Of a stretch of 57,994 nucleotides of DNA, positions 35,214 through 44,346 are shown in pieces. Each line of letters starts with the position of its first letter. The stretch's first letter is position 1. The DNA is taken from NCBI GenBank assembly GCA_964514545.1, contig CAZETR010000032.1, positions 1-57,994 on the forward strand, given 5' to 3'. The stretch is from an uncultured Gammaproteobacteria bacterium. GTDB lineage: Bacteria > Patescibacteriota > Microgenomatia > CAZETR01. The translations under genes and the position numbers were made by a program. The notes beneath the pieces are model-generated. The model did no database searches and was not told the DNA's origin. It saw only the letters and a program-made list of their open reading frames with translations.

Positions 35214-36290
35214 ATGTATATTCCAAAATATTCAATTACACAGGGGATCCTCCGAAACATCGGGATAATCGAGGCGGCGAAGGAAGTGATAGTGAACGCG
35301 CCGTTGGTTCCTGCGTGGGAGGCGAAGTTTCGGGAGGAGGCGATGCTGCGAATGGTTCACTACGGGACGAAGATTGAAGGAAATGACTTATCGTATGCGG
35401 ATGCGGGCAGGGTTGTGGCCGGTGAGCAGATTGTGGCGCGCGACCGGGATATTCAGGAGGTAATTAATTATAGAAATGTGGTGGCAAGACTGGCCGAAAT
35501 GGTGGAAGGGTCCAGGGAAGGGGGAAGGTTTATCTACGGCATGACGGTTTTATTGGAGTTACATAGGCTGGTGACCGAAAAAATTGTATCCACCGAAGAC
35601 GTGGGACGAATTAGGCGGGTACAGGTGGTTCTGCGGAATGCTCTAACCGGGGAGGTGGGATACCGCCCGCCGCCGGCGATCGAGGTAAAGTATCTGCTGG
35701 ATGATTTTTTATTTTGGTTGAATAGCGATGAAGGAAGAGATGCGCATCCGGTAATTCGGGCGGCGATTTCCCACTATACACTGACCGCGATTCATCCATT
35801 TGTCGAGGGAAATGGTAGGACTGCAAGGGGCTTTTCGATGGTGGTGCTTTTTTCGGAAGGATATGATACGAGAAAGTTTTTTTCGCTGGAGGAGCATTTT
35901 GATGGTGATGCTGCCGGATACTTTGGAAAGCTAATGGAAGTGTCAAATCAGTCGACGGAGCTGGAAAATCGTGACCTAACCGCCTGGGTTGAATATTTCG
36001 TATCTGCCTTGGCCATTGAGCTTACCAAAATAAAGGGGAAAGTGAGGCAACTGTCTGTTGATGTAAAGATTAAGGAGAGGATCGGTGGGGAACAGTTGTA
36101 TCTGACCGAGAGACAAATGAAGCTAATGGAGTATTTACAGGCTCAGCGGCAGATGACGATGAATGCTGCAAAAAGCTTATTGCCCCTGGTTTCGGAGGAC
36201 ACAATTCTTCGTGATCTAAGACTACTTATGGATCGGGGGGTGGTGAAGAAAGAAGGAGTGACAAAGGCGGCAAGATATGTGCTGGCCTAA
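35214..36290 (+). CDS. Fic-domain protein with C-terminal winged HTH
   Basis: HPFVEGNGRTAR, inhibitory-helix-like TKIEGN, SEDTILRDL HTH. Confidence 0.92.
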   Translation: MYIPKYSITQGILRNIGIIEAAKEVIVNAPLVPAWEAKFREEAMLRMVHYGTKIEGNDLSYADAGRVVAGEQIVARDRDIQEVINYRNVVARLAEMVEGSREGGRFIYGMTVLLELHRLVTEKIVSTEDVGRIRRVQVVLRNALTGEVGYRPPPAIEVKYLLDDFLFWLNSDEGRDAHPVIRAAISHYTLTAIHPFVEGNGRTARGFSMVVLFSEGYDTRKFFSLEEHFDGDAAGYFGKLMEVSNQSTELENRDLTAWVEYFVSALAIELTKIKGKVRQLSVDVKIKERIGGEQLYLTERQMKLMEYLQAQRQMTMNAAKSLLPLVSEDTILRDLRLLMDRGVVKKEGVTKAARYVLA

Positions 36291-36362
36291 ACAAATCAAA
36301 AATTAAAAGTTAAAAGGCAAAAGTGAAAGTCAAAAATAAAAAGTTGGATGTAAGATGTAATC

Positions 36363-38114
36363 ATGCTTTTTAGGAGGTTTGCAGAATTTCTGGAAAAATT
36401 GGAGGGGATGAGTTCGAGGAATGAGATGACTGTGGTGTTGGCAGAATTATTAAAGGAATTGAGTGCAGAGGAAGCTGACAAAGCGGTCTATCTGGCATTG
36501 GGATATTTGGCACCGCCGTATGCGGGACTCGAGATTGGGCTGGCCGAGAAGATGATGGCAAGGGTTGTGGCGCGTGCATTCGGGGTTACGGAGATAGAAG
36601 CATGGAGGGAATATAAGAAGGCCGGAGATTGGGGAAGTGCTACGCTTCAAATCCCAAATCCCAAATCCCAAATCCCAAAGAAACTGACGATAGGCGATGT
36701 CTATGAGGAGTTGGTGCGGATTGCGAAGGAGGGTGGTGAGGGGAGCCAGGAGAGAAAGGTAGAGATGCTGGCGAACTTGCTAAAGGAGGTGGGGGACGGG
36801 AGAAGTGCTAAGTACTTGGCCAGGATACCGATTGGAAGGCTAAGATTGGGGTTTTCGGACGTGACAATTCTCGACGCATTGTCGGTCATGAAGTCGGGTG
36901 ATAAATCACTTCGGAAGGAGATAGAGAGGGCATTTAACGTGATGGTTGACATCGGAAGGATTGCAAAAGTATTTAAAAAGGATCCAAGAGAGATCGCGAA
37001 AATACAATCAGAGCCCGGGATACCTATACGTCCTGCCTTGGCGGAAAGAATTCCGACGGCCGAGAAAATTATTGAAAAACTGGGTGAATGTGTGGTTGAG
37101 CCAAAATACGACGGAGTTCGTGTGCAGGTGCATATTACCACCCAAGGAGAAGTATCAATTTTTAGCAGAAACTTGGAAAGTACGACCGCAATGTTTCCGG
37201 ATTTGGTGTTAGCCGCCAAGAAAGAGCTTCCGAGAGGAGTAGTTTTTGACGGGGAGGCAATTGCGTACGATCCAAAAACAAACAAATTTTTGCCTTTTCA
37301 GGAGACGTCGCAGAGAAAAAGAAAACACGATATTGAGGAGAAGGCTCGCGAGTTGCCTTTGCGGGTATTTTTGTTTGACGTACTCTACGCAAACGGCCAT
37401 AGCCATCTGAATTCTTCGTATCGGGAGCGAAGGGAGGTTTTGGAAAGGATGGTAAAAGATAAAGGAACTTTTATCAAGGCGAAGTATCTGGCTGTGAAAA
37501 ATGCCCAGGAGATAAGGGCCGAATTTAGGGAATCAATAAAAGCAGGTTTGGAGGGGTTGATGGTGAAAAAGCCGGACTCGGTATATCAGGCGGGGGGAAG
37601 AAACTTTAATTGGGTGAAGTTTAAAAAAAATACTGAGACAGAAAGCGGAAAATCCAGGCTAATTGATACCTTGGATTGTGTGGTGATGGGAATATATCGA
37701 GGACGGGGAAAGAGAGTAGGGTTTGGGGTGGGAGCTTTCCTGGTCGGAGTGCTAGGCGCAAATAAAAAATTAAATATCAAAGACCAAAAATCTACCAGAA
37801 TTTTTACTATTGCGAAGATTGGAACCGGGCTGACCGATGATAAATGGCGGGAAATGGAAAGGAGGGGCCGAGAGCTGTTGGTACAAGAGAAACCTCCAGA
37901 GTACGACGTCGACAAAAATTTAAGCCCCGATGTATGGATGAGGCCTAAACTAGTGGTTGAAATATTGGCGGATGAGATAACTCGAAGCCCGATTCATTCG
38001 GCCGGATTGGCCTTACGATTTCCCAGACTTATCAGATTTCGAGACGATAAAAATTATCTGGATGCGACGACGCTTACAGAAGTTGAGAAACTATTTAAAT
38101 TGCAGGGCAGGTAA
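36363..38114 (+). CDS. ATP-dependent DNA ligase (DBD + adenylation + OB)
   Basis: EPKYDGVRVQVH, FDGE, FDVLY, EGLMVK, WVKFK, LRFPR. Confidence 0.95.
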   Translation: MLFRRFAEFLEKLEGMSSRNEMTVVLAELLKELSAEEADKAVYLALGYLAPPYAGLEIGLAEKMMARVVARAFGVTEIEAWREYKKAGDWGSATLQIPNPKSQIPKKLTIGDVYEELVRIAKEGGEGSQERKVEMLANLLKEVGDGRSAKYLARIPIGRLRLGFSDVTILDALSVMKSGDKSLRKEIERAFNVMVDIGRIAKVFKKDPREIAKIQSEPGIPIRPALAERIPTAEKIIEKLGECVVEPKYDGVRVQVHITTQGEVSIFSRNLESTTAMFPDLVLAAKKELPRGVVFDGEAIAYDPKTNKFLPFQETSQRKRKHDIEEKARELPLRVFLFDVLYANGHSHLNSSYRERREVLERMVKDKGTFIKAKYLAVKNAQEIRAEFRESIKAGLEGLMVKKPDSVYQAGGRNFNWVKFKKNTETESGKSRLIDTLDCVVMGIYRGRGKRVGFGVGAFLVGVLGANKKLNIKDQKSTRIFTIAKIGTGLTDDKWREMERRGRELLVQEKPPEYDVDKNLSPDVWMRPKLVVEILADEITRSPIHSAGLALRFPRLIRFRDDKNYLDATTLTEVEKLFKLQGR

Positions 38115-38119
38115 AGAGG

Positions 38120-39061
38120 TTAGACAATTTTGATAGCCAGCTCGGCGATTACAAAAGCGATGTAAATAAGAACAAGGAAATAGCCTTCCTTTAGTGAGAT
38201 ATGCCGTCTGGTGTAGGAGGCGATTGAGAAAAACGCAAGAGCTGCAAGCAGGAATAGGCCCCCGAGTAGTATTTCTCCTTGGTCGGTGATTGAAAAAGGC
38301 GAGATGAGCGCGACTATGCCGAGGATTAGTGAATTTGCGGTGGCACTACCAATGATATCTCCCAGAGCCATTTGCTGGTGATGCTTACGAAGGGCTGTCG
38401 CGATAAGAGTAATCTCGGGCAGGTTCGTGCCGAACGAGAGGATGAGTAATCCGACGAGGAGGGTGGAAATCCCTGCGATTTGGGCAATTGAAACAGCTGA
38501 CGCGACAACGAAGTGTGAAGAAATGATAAGTAGTGTAATGGCAAAAGTTACATGGAAAATTGTTTTTAGCATTCCTTGTTGCGGGTGTTGGTTAAGCTGA
38601 ACTTCCCTTTCACTTTCGGAGATTTCCTGAACAAGGCGAAGCGAGTAGAGACCGACGAGGAAAAGACCTTCGATTCTACTCAAGCTTTTGTCCAGAAGAA
38701 AGATTACGGGCAAAAGAATTAGGAGATTGGTAAAGAGTAGTTGGTGAGATTTGATTTCCCGGTTGGTGGAAAGACCGTTTTGCGCGATAGCTGCAAAGCC
38801 AGCAAGACCGGCAAAAAGCAGGATTGTCGCGCCGATGAGGTTTCCGGCTGCTAGTTGTACGTTTCCGGAGAGGGCGGAACTGATGCCGACAAATAATTCA
38901 GGGGCGGATGTCGCGAAGCTAAGAACCAGGACTCCGGTTATAAATTCACCCAAGTGAAGATGTCGCGAGAGTCGGGTGATTGAGACCATTAGCAAATCGG
39001 CTGATCTAATAAGGAGAAAAATGGAAACGGAAATGATGACGAGATTTGGGAGTAGCGACAT
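38120..39061 (-). CDS. CaCA-family Na+/Ca2+ exchanger
   Basis: Alpha-repeats ATSAPEL and GTNLPEI, ~10 TMs. Confidence 0.88.
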   Translation of the reverse strand: MSLLPNLVIISVSIFLLIRSADLLMVSITRLSRHLHLGEFITGVLVLSFATSAPELFVGISSALSGNVQLAAGNLIGATILLFAGLAGFAAIAQNGLSTNREIKSHQLLFTNLLILLPVIFLLDKSLSRIEGLFLVGLYSLRLVQEISESEREVQLNQHPQQGMLKTIFHVTFAITLLIISSHFVVASAVSIAQIAGISTLLVGLLILSFGTNLPEITLIATALRKHHQQMALGDIIGSATANSLILGIVALISPFSITDQGEILLGGLFLLAALAFFSIASYTRRHISLKEGYFLVLIYIAFVIAELAIKIV

Positions 39062-39238
39062 GTCTGTGATTGTTTGTAGGGTGGTTGAGAGGTGCTGCCA
39101 CGCGCCGTAGGGGTATTATTTCAAATTTATGGAAAGAAGGACAGGCGGCAGTGGTTTGAGGATGCTGTCGGAGTAGGCTTAAATTTATGGTTGACTTGGA
39201 TTATTAATAATGCAATCCTTGATTAAGGAGATGTAGCG

Positions 39239-39568
39239 ATGGCGACAGAAATTTCAGGGCTACCGAAAAATACAGCTGCGGCTTTGTCGTACTTGGCCTG
39301 GTGGGTTACAGGGCTAATATTTTTGCTGACATCAAAAGATGAGTTCGTGAGGTTTCACGCGATGCAATCGACTGTAGTTTTTGGGGCTTTGAGCTTGGCA
39401 ATGATGGTTCCTGTTGTAGGCCGGTTTTTGGCTACCTTTCTGGGGTTGGTAGGGTTTGTACTATGGTTGGTGCTGATTATTAAGGCGTATAAAGGCGAGG
39501 AATGGGAAGTTCCGGAGTTGGGGAAATTGGCAAGACAACTACTAAAACAGTCTAAGATTTCAGTCTAA
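39239..39568 (+). CDS. DUF4870-like small membrane protein
   Basis: AAALSY, FVRFHAMQS, KAYKGE; SD aaggag. Confidence 0.8.
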   Translation: MATEISGLPKNTAAALSYLAWWVTGLIFLLTSKDEFVRFHAMQSTVVFGALSLAMMVPVVGRFLATFLGLVGFVLWLVLIIKAYKGEEWEVPELGKLARQLLKQSKISV

Positions 39569-39605
39569 GTTTGGTTTGACTAGACATGGGTGATATATTC
39601 GGGTT

Positions 39606-40283
39606 GTGAAGTTTGTCGAGGGAAAGGAGCGGAAGGAAGAGAGAGAACGGATGGTGGAGAATTTAATTCGAGACGGAAAGGTATGGGATTATGAGGTGCT
39701 GCGGGCGATGAGGCGGGTGCCGCGGCACTTATTTGTAACTGGTGCAAACCAAGACAGTGCCTACGAGGACAAGGCACTTCCGCTTGCTTGGTCTAAAGAG
39801 GAAGTGATGTCATCTGTGTCCCAGCCAACTACGATCGGAATAATGCTCCAATTATTGGAACTTTCCAGAAAAGACAAAGTTTTGGAAGTAGGGACCGGGA
39901 CTGGGTACCAGGCGGCGTTGTTGTCGATGATTGTAGCTTATGTATATACGATTGAGATGGAAGCAAATTTGGCGAGCAAGGCAAGGGAAATTTTGGCAAA
40001 GTTGGGAACTGATAATGTCAGAATAACAGAAGGAGACGGGAGGGAGGGGTGGGAACAAAATGCCCCATTTAATGCAATTATTGTGGCGGCGATGGCTGAA
40101 GACGTGCCGCCCAGGTTAATTGAGCAATTGGACGTGGAAGGAAGGTTGGTAATGCCGATTAAGTCAAAAAGAGAGGGAGATTTTTCTGCAGACTTGGTCT
40201 TGGTCAGAAAAACGAAACATGGAGTGAAACGGACGGTTGCAGAGGAGGGATTTGGGTTTGTGCAGCTGTTGGGTGTGGTCTGA
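39606..40283 (+). CDS. pcm: Protein-L-isoaspartate O-methyltransferase
   Basis: VPRHLF, AYED, SQP, LEVGTGTGY, GDGREGW, QLDVEGRLV. Confidence 0.9.
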   Translation: MKFVEGKERKEERERMVENLIRDGKVWDYEVLRAMRRVPRHLFVTGANQDSAYEDKALPLAWSKEEVMSSVSQPTTIGIMLQLLELSRKDKVLEVGTGTGYQAALLSMIVAYVYTIEMEANLASKAREILAKLGTDNVRITEGDGREGWEQNAPFNAIIVAAMAEDVPPRLIEQLDVEGRLVMPIKSKREGDFSADLVLVRKTKHGVKRTVAEEGFGFVQLLGVV

Positions 40284-40284
40284 C

Positions 40285-41184
40285 CTAGATTGGCCTAAGA
40301 AACTTTCCCATATCGCCGACCACGAAGGTTCCTTCGGGGTATCCTTCCTCTTGAGTACGTAGCAAGTAATAGTCGTTGTTCATTGCAAAAACCGGGATGC
40401 CGGCGAAAGCGTGGAAATCCGTAAAACCCATTTGTGGGAGAGTGGCCTCGATGGCCATGGCTCCGCGGACGGTCAGGGCTGTTGCGGCAATGAGTACTTG
40501 AACATCCTGATGGGGGAGGGCGTGGAGCGAGGCAAAAAGTGTGCCGACGGCGGCGATACAATCATCGGCGAAGATAACAGTTGCTCCCGGGAGGATGTCA
40601 GGCAGGCGATCGTTAAACCGCAGGCCGATGTTGTAGCCGTTGGGCCCAACCACTCGGCTGGCGCGATAGTCGACAATCTCAATAGAGCGGGGAACGGTTG
40701 GTAATTGGACAAACCGGTCTTTGACAAACTTGCCTCCGTTGAGCGGTGGCATGAGGGTAATGGTACCTTTGGCTCTGGCTAGAGCTTCTGTGAGGACAAG
40801 ATCAACGACAGGTGTGATGGCTGTCTGATAGTGCTCGCGGGAGGACGGGTCGTCTGGAGAATAAGACGAACCGTTAGCGATATCGGTTACGGTACGCATA
40901 CCGTAACTGATAACTCTGCGATTGTCGAGAAAAGAGGTGTGAGCGAGGTCTCTAATTTGTTCCTTAGTAGCGGGAATGCGCAGGGGTTCCAGGGAATGGC
41001 CGAAGTCGGCAATTTGGTGGAAAGGTCCGAGCTCGCCTTCAGTCACGACTTCTTGGCGAAAATAAAGCTCTCCTCCTTCCTGGTAAATGTGGGGAGGAAG
41101 AACTGGTTTGAATTCGGGAGTAAAAGATTTGAATCCTACTGCTTCTACTGCCATAGTTACAAAAAACCAGAGTCCTTGTTTCAA
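40285..41184 (-). CDS. Hypothetical protein with a PRTase-like motif
   Basis: IFADDCIAAVGT resembles a degenerate PRPP loop; C-terminal VVGDMG. Confidence 0.55.
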   Translation of the reverse strand: MKQGLWFFVTMAVEAVGFKSFTPEFKPVLPPHIYQEGGELYFRQEVVTEGELGPFHQIADFGHSLEPLRIPATKEQIRDLAHTSFLDNRRVISYGMRTVTDIANGSSYSPDDPSSREHYQTAITPVVDLVLTEALARAKGTITLMPPLNGGKFVKDRFVQLPTVPRSIEIVDYRASRVVGPNGYNIGLRFNDRLPDILPGATVIFADDCIAAVGTLFASLHALPHQDVQVLIAATALTVRGAMAIEATLPQMGFTDFHAFAGIPVFAMNNDYYLLRTQEEGYPEGTFVVGDMGKFLRPI

Positions 41185-41433
41185 GTATTCTTAAAGATAC
41201 TTGGCAGGCTCTGGGGTTAAAGAATGCCAGAGAGCGACTGGTTGGTCAAGGGGCAAATGGTTACATAAGCGAAGAGATGAATAGCCAATAGACAAGTAGA
41301 TCAGTAGCAAAGTTCAAAGCCCAAATGATAAATGTCAAATCAAACCTAATACGAAGGTTGATTTAGGTGTAGGAGTTATGAACAGTAGGCTAGAATCTAA
41401 AGTTTAAGTGAGAGCAGGTTGATAGCTGGTATC

Positions 41434-41459
41434 ACTTTAATGATTTAAATCATTAAAGT
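41434..41459. repeat. Perfect 26-bp AT-rich palindrome
   Basis: actttaatgatttaaatcattaaagt equals its reverse complement. Confidence 0.95.
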
Positions 41460-41478
41460 ATTTAGAAGCTGGAGAGCT

Positions 41479-42160
41479 GGGACGGTGTATGGGTTTGGGG
41501 CGGGTGGGTTGAAATCTGAAGATTGGTGATTGGAAGATGGGGTTGAAGGCCGGGTTTGTAAAGATATAGAAAATGCGGATACCGTCCCGCGGGTTTCCAG
41601 AGAGCGTCTTGAGTTTCGCGAAATGTGCGAAGCGACGCTATCTGTTCTCCCGCGGGACGGGGATCCAACCGCGTCAAACGCGGTGGGATTTTTATTTGCC
41701 GACCTGTTACCAGGCCGGCGACAACCCCGGGAGGAGGACGGGGCTGAAAATAACAGGAGCGAGCCGACGGCAGCTCGCCCACGGAGTCCCACCAGGAGAA
41801 AAGGTTATTGAATTAGCCTGGCCGCGTCCGGATGGAGCCGGAGGCGGCCGTTCTCCCATTCGGCTAGCATGTGTGTTAGGAGTGCCGAGCTATCGGCCTG
41901 ACGCTCGGCTTGATCCTTCTCCATCTTGAACCCCTTTGGCTTCCGCGCCAGTGCGCGGAATAGAGTTTTCGCGGCTGGTGGGGCGGCAGCCGCGTCCAGC
42001 TTTTTGTCGATCGCACGAAAATTGAGCTGGGGCATTTTAACTCCGGGTGGGTATGTCTCCGGTGGGACTGGGTAGGGAATCAGATTCCGTGAATGCGTAG
42101 AATGCGTAGAGTGCCTAGTTGCGCTAGATGTATACGTGACTGCCTAGCCGATCCCACCGG
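41479..42160 (-). ncRNA. Large, densely hairpinned locus of unknown class (strand tentative)
   Basis: Ten stems of 6-12 bp in ~580 nt; no match by eye to tmRNA, RNase P, group I/II intron or hammerhead cores. Confidence 0.5.
41805..42035 (-). CDS. 76-aa hypothetical protein inside the structured locus
   Basis: SD ggag 5 nt before ATG; amphipathic helical sequence. Confidence 0.5.
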   Translation of the reverse strand: MPQLNFRAIDKKLDAAAAPPAAKTLFRALARKPKGFKMEKDQAERQADSSALLTHMLAEWENGRLRLHPDAARLIQ

Positions 42161-42284
42161 ATTTGAAATCAATTTATAAAGAGCTAAGAGAAACAAAATA
42201 CCGGCGTGCCGGTACGATATCCTATAACACGTCTACAGGAAGAGTGTCAAGGGGAATTTGAAACTTGCGATGTACAATGGGATT

Positions 42285-42833
42285 ATGAAACTGACAATTG
42301 GTTTAGGAAACCCCGGCGAGAAATATGTGAAGAATAGGCATAATGTGGGGAGGATGGTGGTAGATCGATTAAATAAAAAATTAAATATCAAAGATCAAAA
42401 ATACAGAGCAAAAATAAAAAACGATGATGGTTGGGTTGTACTTGGAGGAGCTTTGGTGGCAAAGAACGGGAATATATTATTGGCAAAAGCCGCAGAAGAA
42501 AATTTTATGAACGAGAGTGGGGAATGGGTAGGGAAACTTAAAAATTTTTATAAAGTGGAAAATAAAGACATCGCGGTTATTTACGATGATCTGGACTTAG
42601 AAATGGGGAGGGTGCTGGTCAGCGATAAAGGGCCGAAGATCCACAACGGAGTGAATAGCGTGATTGAGAGAATTGGCGAGGGGTTTATCCACGTGCGGTG
42701 CGGAGTGGACGATAGAGCAGGTGACCGAAGTTTGCCCGGGGCAGAGTATGTACTGCGAGATTTCCCTGATAAAGAAAAAAGGGAAAGGTTAATTGAAAGG
42801 GCAGTTGGGGAAACAGAAACACTAATATGTTGA
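42285..42833 (+). CDS. pth: Peptidyl-tRNA hydrolase
   Basis: IGLGNPG, RHNVG, FMNESG, YDDLDL, HNGVNS, EYVL; TACAAT 6 nt upstream. Confidence 0.95.
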   Translation: MKLTIGLGNPGEKYVKNRHNVGRMVVDRLNKKLNIKDQKYRAKIKNDDGWVVLGGALVAKNGNILLAKAAEENFMNESGEWVGKLKNFYKVENKDIAVIYDDLDLEMGRVLVSDKGPKIHNGVNSVIERIGEGFIHVRCGVDDRAGDRSLPGAEYVLRDFPDKEKRERLIERAVGETETLIC

Positions 42834-44002
42834 GGGTCTATTTGCGGCATAGACTGCAGTTTCATCCTAAAGTTGAAAGGTCCGTTTTGGCGGGGTTATC
42901 GGCGAATGTTTTCTTGCGGAACATGGGGCTAGCTTCGGTGGCGCTCTTTTTACCTATATTTTTGTTTAAGTTAGGGGGGATGGGAATGCTGGTGGGGTAT
43001 GTGGTCGTGACCCGGTTTCTAGAGGCGTTGTTGGCTAACAAAATGGCTAAGATTGTGGCCCGGATCGGATTTAAGAAATCTGTGGTGCTGGCGGGGATTT
43101 TGCTGGCATTGGTACTTTTGAGTTTTGAGTATGCTAAAACATATCCGCTGCTGGTTTGGGCGGGGGCGCTGGTAGCCCCAGTTGCGGCCCTGCTTTATTG
43201 GGTTCCTTTCCATTTACTGTTTCTTGAAACAAAACCGGAGAAGCTGGGAGAGGAGGCCGGGATATTAAGTGTATTAACCCGTTGGAGTCAGGTTCTGGGA
43301 CCGATAATCGGTGGAATACTAATAGTCGGAAGCGGTTACCGCGGGCTGTTTTGGTGGGGGGTGGTTTTGGTTATTCTCTCCATTTTTCCCATATGGTTTC
43401 TGGAGCCGGATAATCTGAAATGGAGATTTCACTTGGATCATTATTGGGAGAAGGTTAGCGACCGGTGGTTCCGTAGAGACTTATTGGCTCATGTTGGGTT
43501 AGGTTTGGAGGAGGTTTTGTTTGAAACGTTCTGGCCCGTGTTTCTGATTGGAATTCTGGGGGGGTCCAATTTGCAACTGGGCGGGTATAAAACCGGGGTG
43601 CTGATTGTGACAAGTGTGGTTGTGATGGTGATGGGAAAGAAGATGGACCGGTCAGCTGGAGGGAAACTGATGACTGGAGCTTCTGTCGTGCTGGTTCTGA
43701 TGTGGGTGGTGCGCGGATACTTAAAAAATAGATTCGGATTGTGGGCCCTGGACTCGATTGATGGGATTATGGGAATACTGGTATTTATGCCGTTTACGGT
43801 TTATGTTTATAGGAGGGCGCTTGCGACCGATCGGCCGCTCTATGTGGTAGAGAGGGAGTCGGCGATAAGTATCGGGCGGGGATTGTCGGGGCTAATCGTG
43901 GGTTTGATTTATGTCTTGGGAGGGGGTTGGAATGTAATGGTGTGGATAGGAGTTTTGGGAATGATCCTAGTTAACTTTATGCCGAAAAATGAGGTCGCTT
44001 AA
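42827..44002 (+). CDS. MFS-fold membrane transporter
   Basis: ~12 TMs, ARIGFKK and KKMDR loop motifs. Confidence 0.75.
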   Translation: MLRVYLRHRLQFHPKVERSVLAGLSANVFLRNMGLASVALFLPIFLFKLGGMGMLVGYVVVTRFLEALLANKMAKIVARIGFKKSVVLAGILLALVLLSFEYAKTYPLLVWAGALVAPVAALLYWVPFHLLFLETKPEKLGEEAGILSVLTRWSQVLGPIIGGILIVGSGYRGLFWWGVVLVILSIFPIWFLEPDNLKWRFHLDHYWEKVSDRWFRRDLLAHVGLGLEEVLFETFWPVFLIGILGGSNLQLGGYKTGVLIVTSVVVMVMGKKMDRSAGGKLMTGASVVLVLMWVVRGYLKNRFGLWALDSIDGIMGILVFMPFTVYVYRRALATDRPLYVVERESAISIGRGLSGLIVGLIYVLGGGWNVMVWIGVLGMILVNFMPKNEVA

Positions 44003-44288
44003 GCAAATATTTGATGATCCGGCGTATGGGAAAGTGGCGGGTGGAAAGGCCATAAACAAATTCGTTTCCCGGGAATATCAGGACTATGGGTATCGATTGG
44101 CTGCGGAGCTTGATGACTTGGGACATAAGGCCTTGTATATCAAACTAGCCAAGGAGGCGGATCGGAAGTTGCTGGATTTGGCCAGGAGCTTTGCGATAGA
44201 TAGTAACGCGCGAAAGAAGGGGGCGCTGTTTATGTGGAGGCTGAGCGAGCTGAAAAAGCGAGAGAAGCTGACACACAAGAGGAGTTGA
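43989..44288 (+). CDS. Small hypothetical protein
   Basis: 99-aa ORF overlapping the MFS stop; helical, charged. Confidence 0.65.
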   Translation: MRSLKQIFDDPAYGKVAGGKAINKFVSREYQDYGYRLAAELDDLGHKALYIKLAKEADRKLLDLARSFAIDSNARKKGALFMWRLSELKKREKLTHKRS

Positions 44289-44346
44289 GCGAAGCGAGAA
44301 GCTTTTATGTGGAAATTGAATCAGCTGAGGAAATCAAATATTAAAG

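Noticed and set aside
35022-35260. Long N-terminal extensions of Fic and the PRTase in the ORF track
   Set aside because: They overlap each other head-to-head and run through a palindromic repeat; recognisable domains start at 35214 and 35023
41434-41459. dif site
   Set aside because: Arms lack the XerC/XerD TTAT/ATAA core and the site is fully symmetric; kept only as an unexplained palindrome
41479-42160. Group II/group I intron, tmRNA, RNase P or hammerhead ribozyme
   Set aside because: No domain V, P7 core, tRNA-like ends, GAGGAAAGUCC or CUGAUGA found by eye on either strand; no interrupted host gene
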